From: Patescibacteria group bacterium
GTDB lineage: Bacteria > Patescibacteriota > Microgenomatia > UBA10105 > UBA927
Direction: 5' to 3'
Length of the DNA stretch: 64,000 nt
Assembly: GCA_049322955.1 (NCBI GenBank)
Contig: JBMOPU010000012.1
Coordinates: 886,186-950,185 of the forward strand
In this document: positions 37,382-46,217 of the stretch, one piece after another
Layout: each line of letters begins with the position of its first letter
Numbering within the stretch: the stretch's first letter is position 1
The notes under the pieces: generated by a model
The model's input: the letters and a program-made list of their open reading frames with translations, nothing else
Told to the model about the DNA's origin: nothing
Database searches by the model: none
Made by a program: the position numbers and the translations under genes

Positions 37382-38893
37382 TCATTCACGTTCGGATTTT
37401 CGCTCAAAAAGATACACCCGGCCTTCACTCCCTGCCGCGGTGTTTACTTCCTCATCCCGGATATAGGACCAGTCGCGCGCCAGCTCAATAGTCGGATACC
37501 TCCCCCGACAATGTTCGTCATAACACATCGCCTGCAAATCCCGGAGTTTCGTTACGTCGGGAGCCGACGGACACTGCCGGGTGTCGCAGACCAGCACAAG
37601 GAATCTGCTCTCGTCCCTTGTGACGGACAGAGGGACAAGACCGGCTACCGCCATAGCATACCGGTAGTGCAAATCCGAATACGAACGCGAGGTAAGAAGC
37701 GTAAAAGTGAACGGCGATTCCTTTGTCAATTGCGCTATTTGCGAAACAGCGGCTTGTGTTCTCCCGATATCATTGGTACCCGCTCTGAAAATATCGGTGT
37801 GGAAAAGATGCACCGAACCGATCACAATAACGGTTCCGATCAGACCGTAACGAACGATCGCATGTTTTATACGAGACACCACGGATGCCAGCATAAGAAA
37901 CGGTACCGGGGTAATAAATGAAAGATAATGATCATGGACAACGCCGCTGTATCGGACCATCGCGGTAACTCCGCCAAGGAACCATACCGTAAGGAATATA
38001 TTTTTTTTGGTGGGCGTAAAAAACAAAAATATACCCCATGCCCCGAGTACAACAAGCGCCGGCCATCTGCTCATCCAGGGAAGCATCTTTCCCCATACCC
38101 GAAAGCTATAATCAAGCGCCTGCCAAACCATAGCGCGCTTGCTCATCACAACTCTTGTCCCTTCGCCCAACACGCCGAAGATCCCCGTGATGTCACGAAA
38201 TCCCACCGTCATTTCATACCAAAGAAACGGTGCTATAACGATACACAATCCGAGCCCCCACCATACGGCCGCGGAAAATATTTGCCGAACCGATGCGACC
38301 CGATAATATCGGGCGGCGACGACGACAAGAAAAACAAGCCCGATAAAATACAAATTCGGGTAGTGTAACTGCACCAGCACTCCCACCGTTGCCCCTAACG
38401 CAATCCACCATACCGCCAGCCATCGCTGATACGCCCTATATAATAGGAAGAGAAAAAGCACGGAAAACAGCGGCACCAGATTCGGTTCCCAGATGATCCG
38501 ATCTGCGGTGACCATATTCGGTGATACCGCCCAAAGAAATGCGGCGAGCCGTGCGGGCACACTGCCGAAAAGTTCCTTCACGGTCTTATAAAGAAGTATG
38601 ACGGCGACGACCCCCAGAATCGCCATCCAAAGCGAAACTCCGAGCGGATTACCTCCGGCAAGATAGCCGGGGAGCAGAAGGTAATAAAAAAACGGTCCCA
38701 AGTGGTGACCGCTGAGCGTGGTGGGACCGGCAAGGGGAACGGTCCCCTGCTCGACAAACTGCCGCATGATAAGCATCGTTCTTCCCTGATCTCCAAGAAA
38801 TTCGGTGAGTGCACCGATCCGGAATAGTCGAAGAAATGCGGCGAGAATAATTATTCCCGACAGCCAATAATCAGTCGAACGCGACTTGCTCAT
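37382..38893 (-). CDS. ArnT/PMT-like GT-C glycosyltransferase (DQG type)
   Basis: FLGDQGR, PLAGP, LGPFFYY, WEPN..P, QLHY, HDHYL. Confidence 0.8.
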   Translation of the reverse strand: MSKSRSTDYWLSGIIILAAFLRLFRIGALTEFLGDQGRTMLIMRQFVEQGTVPLAGPTTLSGHHLGPFFYYLLLPGYLAGGNPLGVSLWMAILGVVAVILLYKTVKELFGSVPARLAAFLWAVSPNMVTADRIIWEPNLVPLFSVLFLFLLYRAYQRWLAVWWIALGATVGVLVQLHYPNLYFIGLVFLVVVAARYYRVASVRQIFSAAVWWGLGLCIVIAPFLWYEMTVGFRDITGIFGVLGEGTRVVMSKRAMVWQALDYSFRVWGKMLPWMSRWPALVVLGAWGIFLFFTPTKKNIFLTVWFLGGVTAMVRYSGVVHDHYLSFITPVPFLMLASVVSRIKHAIVRYGLIGTVIVIGSVHLFHTDIFRAGTNDIGRTQAAVSQIAQLTKESPFTFTLLTSRSYSDLHYRYAMAVAGLVPLSVTRDESRFLVLVCDTRQCPSAPDVTKLRDLQAMCYDEHCRGRYPTIELARDWSYIRDEEVNTAAGSEGRVYLFERKSERE

Positions 38894-38907
38894 TCTGCTC
38901 GTATTCT

Positions 38908-38916
38908 TGTTATAAT
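38908..38916 (+). promoter_or_regulatory. Extended -10 TGtTATAAT in the 43-bp divergent gap; overlapping TATAAC on the minus strand
   Basis: Perfect TGnTATAAT 20 nt upstream of the ATG at 38937. Reverse strand has TATAAC at 38909-38914, 15 nt upstream of the ATG at 38893. Confidence 0.6.
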
Positions 38917-38936
38917 GCCAATAGCCTCGTACCTAT

Positions 38937-40574
38937 ATGCATTCATTTAAGCACTATATCCTTGTCATTGCAATTTCGCTCCTCCCGTTTATCACCGTAT
39001 TTTCAAGCGATCTGGCCCCGCATACCCATGACAGCCCCGTACATTTTGCCCGTATTGCGGCGTACTATAAAGCGCTTTCGGAAGGGCAAATCCTCCCCCG
39101 ATGGGCGGGAGAATTAAATTATGGCTATGGCATGCCGCTTTTTAATTTCATCTACCATGTCCCTTACCTGGTTGCCGTCATTCCTGTGGCATTGGGGAGC
39201 GGCACCGTGTTTGCCTTTAAATTTTCGCTTGCCGTAAGTTTTCTTCTCTCGGGTGTGTTCATGTACCTGTTCGCCGCGACATTTTTCAAAGATACGAGGC
39301 GCGCCGCATTGGTCACGGCCCTGTATCAGTTTGCACCGTTTCACCTTATCGATCTTGTGGTACGCGGCGACATGGCCGAAGGGTATGCACTCGCGTTTCT
39401 TCCCCTGGTACTTTACTCACTGCAACGGGGATTTGAAGGAAAAACGGTCTCTGCCTCGATGCTACTTACCGCAGTCGCCACGTTGCTTCTTATCACATCG
39501 CATAATGCGATAAGTCTGGTGTTTTTCGGCGTCTGTGCCTTGTTTGCCGTCGTGTTTGCCCCTTCCCACGCCAAACGACTCCAAGCGGGTCTCGGTCTAT
39601 CGTTGGGGCTTGCGCTTGCGGCATTTTATTGGCTCCCCGCACTGGTGGAACGACGCTATACGTATGGAGATTTATTCATGAAGGACATGTATCTTTCACA
39701 TTTTGCACCCCTTTGGCATTTCTTTCTTCCGAATCTCACAAACGCCCCTTCCCTTCAAACGGGAGGGATCGCCGTTTCGTTAGGATTGGTTCCGATGCTT
39801 GGGTTCTTTGCCGCGATGATTCTGCTTGTTGGAAATAAAATATCCGCCAAACACGACAGACTCGCGCTGTGGTTTGGGCTGTTCCTCAGCGTTGCGGCGC
39901 TTTTTGTCATGCAACCGATCAGTAAGGTGTTCTGGGAAAATATTCCGATTCTTCGCATGTTTCAGTTTCCGTGGCGACTGCTAAACGTCACGACATTCTC
40001 TCTTGCCATGATCGGCGGCATCGTTTTTGTTTCCAAAAAAACATCCAGAAAAATGACACTGTTTCTTATCGCGGTCACCGTGCTTTCAAGCCTCGTGTAT
40101 TTCCGACCGCCGCTCGGGATGGATCGGGTTGACGAAGCATATTATTGGGATTATCCGTTAAATACGACGTATTTCGGCGAAACTGACATCATCTGGTCGG
40201 CAGGTCCCAAAGATAGTTATCCCGCAAACCGTTTCGAGGTTGTGGGGGGCGAAGGTACCGTTTCGGATCCCGTAAAACGGGGAACGAAACATACTTTCAC
40301 CGTCAACGCCGCAACCGACGTGCAGGTGGTCGATAAAACGCAATACTTCCCCGGATGGCGAGTATATACGGGAACGACAAAAGTGCCCGTCGAATTTCAG
40401 GATCAGAACTGGCGGGGGCTTATTACCTTTCGCCTTCCTCCCGGTACGCATCACGTAACGGTTGCCTGGGAAGATTCTCCCATCAGGAGAATCGCGAAAA
40501 TTATTACGTTCATTTCCGCTGTCGTGTGCACGGTGTTGTTTGCCCTACGAAAAAAAATCATTGCATATGGCTAG
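38937..40574 (+). CDS. PTPS-related GT-C membrane glycosyltransferase
   Basis: THDSPVH, PRWAGELNYGYG.PLFNF, VRGD.AE, SHN, QFPWR, YFPGW. Confidence 0.78.
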   Translation: MHSFKHYILVIAISLLPFITVFSSDLAPHTHDSPVHFARIAAYYKALSEGQILPRWAGELNYGYGMPLFNFIYHVPYLVAVIPVALGSGTVFAFKFSLAVSFLLSGVFMYLFAATFFKDTRRAALVTALYQFAPFHLIDLVVRGDMAEGYALAFLPLVLYSLQRGFEGKTVSASMLLTAVATLLLITSHNAISLVFFGVCALFAVVFAPSHAKRLQAGLGLSLGLALAAFYWLPALVERRYTYGDLFMKDMYLSHFAPLWHFFLPNLTNAPSLQTGGIAVSLGLVPMLGFFAAMILLVGNKISAKHDRLALWFGLFLSVAALFVMQPISKVFWENIPILRMFQFPWRLLNVTTFSLAMIGGIVFVSKKTSRKMTLFLIAVTVLSSLVYFRPPLGMDRVDEAYYWDYPLNTTYFGETDIIWSAGPKDSYPANRFEVVGGEGTVSDPVKRGTKHTFTVNAATDVQVVDKTQYFPGWRVYTGTTKVPVEFQDQNWRGLITFRLPPGTHHVTVAWEDSPIRRIAKIITFISAVVCTVLFALRKKIIAYG

Positions 40575-42921
40575 AAAAGAATGGTTGTTTATCATTGTCA
40601 CGGTTACGTCTCTTCTCATCCTCTTTTTTCATCAGACATTTTTTCGAGGTCTGGTGCCGTTTCCGGGGGACATTCTAGTCAGTGACTTTCAACCGTGGCG
40701 GTCGACTTCCTACCTGGGCTACGGCGCGGGAGGAATACCGAATAAAGCACAGTATCCCGATACCATACGACAAATGTATCCGTGGAAAACCGTAGCGGTG
40801 GAAGCCCTTAAAAGCGGAAAACTCCCTCTGTGGAATCCCTATAATTTCTCGGGCTCCCCGCTTCTTGCGAACTTTCAGAGTGCGGCACTGTATCCTTTGG
40901 GGATTTTTTACCTTTTCCTGCCGCAAATAACCGCCTGGACGATCCTTATTATCATGCAACCGCTCCTCGCGTTTCTTTTTACCTATTTTTTTGCACGAAA
41001 ACTGGGTATGGGAAAGCTCGCAAGTACCCTTTCGGGCATATCATACGGTTTTTCGGGGTTTATGAGTGTCTGGCTTGAGTACAACACCATAAGTCATGTC
41101 GTGTTGTGGCTACCGCTCATTTTATTGAGCATTGAAAATCTTGCCAAAAAACCGCATCGGGCGTGGCTTGCCGTTTTCGTGGGAAGCCATGTCATGGCAC
41201 TGCTTGCCGGACACCCTCAGGTGTATGCGTATCTTGCCGCCTATTCGCTTCTTTACGGATTGTTCCGTATGACCCGCGCGATGTGGCCGTATCTTTTCGG
41301 GTCAACGCTTTTGGGTATCGGCCTTTCGGGCATACAAATTATTCCGGGTATTGAACTGATACGTCAGGCGGCCCGAAGCCCGCATGATCCGGGAAACCTT
41401 TTTGCAAAGATACTGATTCATCCCGGGCAACTCATGGCACTTCCTTTCCCCAATATCTTCGGCAATCCTGCAACGCGTACCTACTGGCCAACCGATACGT
41501 TCATCGGCAAAGTAACGACCATAGGCCTTGTCCCCCTCTTCTTTTTCCTATCGACACTCCGACGAAAAGAGAGCGTCAGCAAGTGGTTTGTGTTGGCAAG
41601 CATCGCGGTCGTGATTTTGATTACGAGTAATCCGATGACTCAGATTTTGTACCGGGTACCCATCCCGCTTTTTACCTCAAGCAGTCCGACCCTTATGTCA
41701 TTCCTTCTTGCCTTTTCGCTTGCGATGGCGTGCGGACTCGGACTTGATTATTGGATCACGGATAAGCATTCCGTAAAAAAACTTGTTCGCCGAAGCATCG
41801 AAATGGCGGGCGTGTTTATCATCCTTTTTATCGCGACAAAACTTCCCTTCATCCCGGAATTTTCCCTACATGCGGGACAATCGGTAAAGGCGCTCCTCTA
41901 CGGGGCGGGAATTACCGCGGTTACCCTTGCACTGTTTTGGGTCGCCATCCGGTTTCCCCGATGGCGGATGCACGCCGTACTTGTGATGGTTATCGTCCAT
42001 GCGCTTGATATGTTTGTGTTCTTTTACCGGTTTAATCCGTTTGTTCCGCAGGCACTGGTATTTCCGGAGCACAAAATTCTTACTCGCCTTCAAACGCATG
42101 CCCCCGATCGGTACTGGGGATACGGCACGGCGGGAATACCGGCAAATTTTGCCTCACAATACGGGATATTTTCGCCCGAAGGATATGACCCGTTATACCC
42201 CAAACGATACGGAGAATTTTTATATGCCTATCGGACGGGAAGACTTATGGATATTTTCGACAATACCACACGCTCCGACGCCGCAATCAGTTCGCGATTC
42301 GGCGACGGCGGACTGACCGACAGGGTTAAACAAAAACTGATGAGTGCGTTAAGCGTCCGGTATATCCTGGACCGCACCGAAAACGCCAGCAGTGAGCAGA
42401 CCTTTCCGCCCGATGTTATCAAGAAAACAGACTCGATCGATGACTGGATACTGTATGAAAACACCCAAGCTCTGCCTCGAGCGTATGTTTCGGGGAAAAT
42501 AACCACGATAAAAAATACGGAGGATTTTGCCGATACGTTTTTTGCCCCTTCCCACAACCCGATAACTACCGCGCTGATCAGTGATACTGTCGGGGAAACC
42601 CGCGGTATCGAAGCATCAGGGTCGGCAACTATTCTTTCCTACGAACCGGAGCAAGTGGTAATACGCACCGAAAGCACCGTATCGGGCATGCTCGTCCTCA
42701 CCGACACGTTCTTTACCGGTTGGCAGGCGTCAGTGGATACATCACCGGCAGAAATACTTCCGGTCAACTGGACCCTGCGCGGCGTTTCGGTGCCGGAAGG
42801 CACGCATACGGTCACCATGCGTTATGCGCCGCGTAGCGTAACAATCGGTATTCTCTTGAGTATGGGAAGCCTGTTTGCGACAATAGTACTGCTTATTTTC
42901 GCAAAACCAAAACGATCATGA
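40567..42921 (+). CDS. YfhO-like GT-C membrane glycosyltransferase
   Basis: PDTIRQMYPWK, PLWNPYNFSG.PL.AN.QSA..YP, LAGHPQ, EGYDPL, LPRAY, L.DTFF.GW.A.VD, C-terminal TM. ATG at 40567. Confidence 0.8.
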   Translation: MARKEWLFIIVTVTSLLILFFHQTFFRGLVPFPGDILVSDFQPWRSTSYLGYGAGGIPNKAQYPDTIRQMYPWKTVAVEALKSGKLPLWNPYNFSGSPLLANFQSAALYPLGIFYLFLPQITAWTILIIMQPLLAFLFTYFFARKLGMGKLASTLSGISYGFSGFMSVWLEYNTISHVVLWLPLILLSIENLAKKPHRAWLAVFVGSHVMALLAGHPQVYAYLAAYSLLYGLFRMTRAMWPYLFGSTLLGIGLSGIQIIPGIELIRQAARSPHDPGNLFAKILIHPGQLMALPFPNIFGNPATRTYWPTDTFIGKVTTIGLVPLFFFLSTLRRKESVSKWFVLASIAVVILITSNPMTQILYRVPIPLFTSSSPTLMSFLLAFSLAMACGLGLDYWITDKHSVKKLVRRSIEMAGVFIILFIATKLPFIPEFSLHAGQSVKALLYGAGITAVTLALFWVAIRFPRWRMHAVLVMVIVHALDMFVFFYRFNPFVPQALVFPEHKILTRLQTHAPDRYWGYGTAGIPANFASQYGIFSPEGYDPLYPKRYGEFLYAYRTGRLMDIFDNTTRSDAAISSRFGDGGLTDRVKQKLMSALSVRYILDRTENASSEQTFPPDVIKKTDSIDDWILYENTQALPRAYVSGKITTIKNTEDFADTFFAPSHNPITTALISDTVGETRGIEASGSATILSYEPEQVVIRTESTVSGMLVLTDTFFTGWQASVDTSPAEILPVNWTLRGVSVPEGTHTVTMRYAPRSVTIGILLSMGSLFATIVLLIFAKPKRS

Positions 42922-44552
42922 AACCGACCGTCAGATACATGCTCATTCTCATTGTCGCCATTGCCCTTTTACTCCGCCTGTGGGATATAACAAATGTTCC
43001 GCCGGGTGTAAATCGCGATGAGGCAAGCATCGGCATAACCGCGTATTCGCTCATGACGACGGGGAAAGACGAATACGGCAGAACGCTTCCGATTTCCTTT
43101 GAATCATTCGGCGACTGGAAATTACCTCTGTATATTTACACCACTATCCCCTTTATCACACTTTTCGGCCTGACGGAACTTGCCGTGCGCCTCCCTTCCG
43201 TACTCGCCGGAGTGGGATCGGTAGCCGCCGTATTTTTTCTTGCCCGCATGTTGTTTGCATCGGAACGTATCGCGCTTTTGGCCGCTTTCTCGCTGGCTAT
43301 TATGCCCTGGCATGTGCATATTTCCCGGGTAGAATCGGAAGCGATCGTTTCGGTATTTTTTACCCTCATAGGATCCGTCCAGTTCCTGCGCGGCATACGG
43401 ACTAAATCAGCTACATCGCTTATCGCATCGGCAATACTTTTCGGACTTACCTATTGGACCTACCACGGCACGCATGTTTCGACGACACTGTTACTTTTGG
43501 GAATGGCGGCAATTTTTTGGAAAGATATCGTCAAGGTTCCCCGATTCGGGATAGCGGTCCTCATCGGCGCCATCGTTACGTTCACTATTTTGGGTGCGAC
43601 GTTTCAGGCGGATCACACGAAAATAAGCGGCATATCGATATTCGGCGATCCGACGGTTATCCATAACGATATCGAGCTTCCGCGATTAGTGCACGATACC
43701 CCCGACTCACTTGCCGTGAAACTTTTGCATAATAAGTTCACCTATGCCGTCGTCCGCATCGCACATAATTATTTGGCCTCATACGGCCCTGAATTTCTCT
43801 TCATCAAAGGCGGCGGGAACCGCGCGCACAATATCGAAGGATACGGGAATCTGCATATCATCGAAGCGCCGTTATTGCTTCTGGGTGTTGCCGTGCTTAT
43901 AGGGCTCCTCCGGAAAAAAGAAGCGAAATTTATCCTCTGGTGGATTGCGGTCGGAGGCGTCGCCGCCTCAATCACCAAGGATGCCCCCCACTCAAACCGC
44001 ATGCTTGCCGTCGTTCCTTCTCTTGCCGTCACTGCCGCCCTGGGCGGCAACTTTCTTCTGGATCTGGTCCCGCGACCGGGGAAAAAACTGATGATGTCGG
44101 GAATTATTATCGGCTACCTTCTGTGTATGGCGATCTATCTTGATCTCTACTTCGTGCATTTTAAAAAGACGGAAGCGATGCATTGGGGATACGGCTACAA
44201 AAAACTTACCGCACTGCTTTTTGCGCCGGAGCATATGGGCAAACGGGTAATTATGACCAAACCGGAAACGTCACCGTACAGTTACATCTTGTTTTACAGC
44301 GCATACAGTCCCGCCGACTATCAGAAAACCGCAACCCGCTATCCGATCTCTTCGGATGGATTTACCGATGTTTCCGGTTTCGGAAGATTTTCTTTCCGGG
44401 CGATAGATTGGCAAAAAGATATCACGCAAAAAAATACGCTCCTTGTGGTTGCTCCCGACGAGTTCCCCCAGGGACTCGCCGGCAAGACAACGGCAACGAT
44501 TACGCTTCCCGACGGCTCGGTGCAATTTATTGTCCTGGATTTGGATAAGTAA
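42918..44552 (+). CDS. ArnT/PMT-like GT-C glycosyltransferase (DE type)
   Basis: RDEASIG.TAYSL.TTGKDEYG, FGDWKLP, VRLPS, PWH.H.SR..SE, PHSNR, WGYGY. Confidence 0.82.
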   Translation: MKPTVRYMLILIVAIALLLRLWDITNVPPGVNRDEASIGITAYSLMTTGKDEYGRTLPISFESFGDWKLPLYIYTTIPFITLFGLTELAVRLPSVLAGVGSVAAVFFLARMLFASERIALLAAFSLAIMPWHVHISRVESEAIVSVFFTLIGSVQFLRGIRTKSATSLIASAILFGLTYWTYHGTHVSTTLLLLGMAAIFWKDIVKVPRFGIAVLIGAIVTFTILGATFQADHTKISGISIFGDPTVIHNDIELPRLVHDTPDSLAVKLLHNKFTYAVVRIAHNYLASYGPEFLFIKGGGNRAHNIEGYGNLHIIEAPLLLLGVAVLIGLLRKKEAKFILWWIAVGGVAASITKDAPHSNRMLAVVPSLAVTAALGGNFLLDLVPRPGKKLMMSGIIIGYLLCMAIYLDLYFVHFKKTEAMHWGYGYKKLTALLFAPEHMGKRVIMTKPETSPYSYILFYSAYSPADYQKTATRYPISSDGFTDVSGFGRFSFRAIDWQKDITQKNTLLVVAPDEFPQGLAGKTTATITLPDGSVQFIVLDLDK

Positions 44553-44553
44553 T

Positions 44554-46206
44554 ATGAAAAAATACGTCAAAGAGTGGTTCCTTCTTTTGCTGATCGTGGT
44601 TGTCGGGGCATATTTGCGGCTTGATCGCATAACCAGCATTCCCCCGTCGCTTTCCCATGACGAAACGGCGATTGCCTATAATGCGTATTCGATTCTTACG
44701 ACGGGTAAGGATGAATACGGTATCTCGTATCCGCTACTTTTTCGCTCGTTTGATGACTACAAACTTCCGGGTATGGTCTATGCGACAGTTCCCTGGGTCA
44801 AACTTTTCGGACTCACCGAACGGGCGGCAAGAACCCCCTCGGCGTTATTCGGTATTCTTTCCGTTATCGTCATGTACGGTATCGCCTTTGAATTAACAAA
44901 AAGCAGAAAGGCCGCGTTATTCCCCGCCCTCATGTTTGCCTTGTCTCCCTGGCATATCAATTTTTCGCGGCAGTTATTTGAAAGCAACGGCGCGGTATTT
45001 TGGTTTATGGCGGGAACCTACTTTTTACTCAAAAGCATAAAAAAGTATCCGATGATCATCGTTTCCGGAATATGCTATGTCGCCGCATTGTATTTCTACT
45101 ATTCAGTCCGACTGGTGATCCCGTTTATCGGTCTTTTGTATCTTGTGATGCATGGAAAAACCATGAAGACACACATAAAGACGACCGCGGTTGCCGTCAT
45201 CCTCAGTATTGCGTTATTTGCACCACTGGGGAGAGAGATGCTCTCTCCCGGGGGCATGGAGCGGATATCGATTGTCAGTGTGGTGAATGACCAACAGTAT
45301 CTGAAACGAAAAGAAGCGTATGTTGCCAAGATGGGCGTGTCGCCGACCGTATGGCAAAAAATCGTCTATAACCGGCGGGTCGCCCTGCTGGTTACCGTTT
45401 TGGAAAATTATTCGAAAAATATTTCTCCCCAAAACTTATTTATGACCGGAACCGGAACGTACGGTGCGCTCTATCCGTTTGAAGCCATTCTTTTTCCGTT
45501 AGGGCTTGTCGCGCTGTCGGGGTTTTCCCGATTCGGCGGCATGCTTGTCCTGGTGTGGCTGATCACCGCCTTTTTACCCGGAGCGTTCAGCGTCAATCAA
45601 CCCAATACGCTCCGCACGCTCGTCGCGGCGCCCGCTTTTTCGTTGCTATCGGGATTGGGTATCCTGTACGCGCTTCGTGCCGTACGGAAGAATTTCGCCC
45701 CCTGGGGAGTGACCGTCGCCGCGGGAGTACTTATGTTTCTCTTCATCTCCTCGTTTCCCAAGTTTCATTATGCTTACTTTGTCGATAACCCGACCAACAA
45801 CGCGCTTGCATTCGGTGACGGCTATAAACAGATGGTCGAGTACGTGATGCGAAACGGGAAAGACTATGATCGTATCTATATTTCCGGTTACCACTGGCGT
45901 CCGTATATATTTCTGTTGTATTGGGGCAAGGTGAATCCCGCAATCTATCAACGGTCCGGCACCCGTGAACAATTCGGGAAGTATCTGTTCAGCGGTGCAA
46001 GCTGGGACACCAACGGACTTAAATTCATGGATGCGTCGTTTTCGCTTTCCTCACTCCCCCGGGAGGGAAAGACGCTTTATATTCTTGCCTATTCCGAATA
46101 CCTGCTCCATCAAAAAGAGCTGACGGTCATAGGCGAGATACATGGAGTCCACACGCCCAAAGTATTTGTCGCGGCAACGCTCTCTCAGCCTCAGCCTGTA
46201 CGGTGA
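44554..46206 (+). CDS. ArnT/PMT-like GT-C glycosyltransferase (DE type)
   Basis: HDETAIAYNAYSILTTGKDEYG, FDDYKLP, SPWHINFSR..FE, PNTLR. ATG at 44554. Confidence 0.82.
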   Translation: MKKYVKEWFLLLLIVVVGAYLRLDRITSIPPSLSHDETAIAYNAYSILTTGKDEYGISYPLLFRSFDDYKLPGMVYATVPWVKLFGLTERAARTPSALFGILSVIVMYGIAFELTKSRKAALFPALMFALSPWHINFSRQLFESNGAVFWFMAGTYFLLKSIKKYPMIIVSGICYVAALYFYYSVRLVIPFIGLLYLVMHGKTMKTHIKTTAVAVILSIALFAPLGREMLSPGGMERISIVSVVNDQQYLKRKEAYVAKMGVSPTVWQKIVYNRRVALLVTVLENYSKNISPQNLFMTGTGTYGALYPFEAILFPLGLVALSGFSRFGGMLVLVWLITAFLPGAFSVNQPNTLRTLVAAPAFSLLSGLGILYALRAVRKNFAPWGVTVAAGVLMFLFISSFPKFHYAYFVDNPTNNALAFGDGYKQMVEYVMRNGKDYDRIYISGYHWRPYIFLLYWGKVNPAIYQRSGTREQFGKYLFSGASWDTNGLKFMDASFSLSSLPREGKTLYILAYSEYLLHQKELTVIGEIHGVHTPKVFVAATLSQPQPVR

Positions 46207-46217
46207 CACACGGCGGA

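Noticed and set aside
38894-46217. Site-specific invertible segment (shufflon-like) explaining the plus-strand block
   Set aside because: No inverted repeats at the two boundaries and no recombinase in the window.
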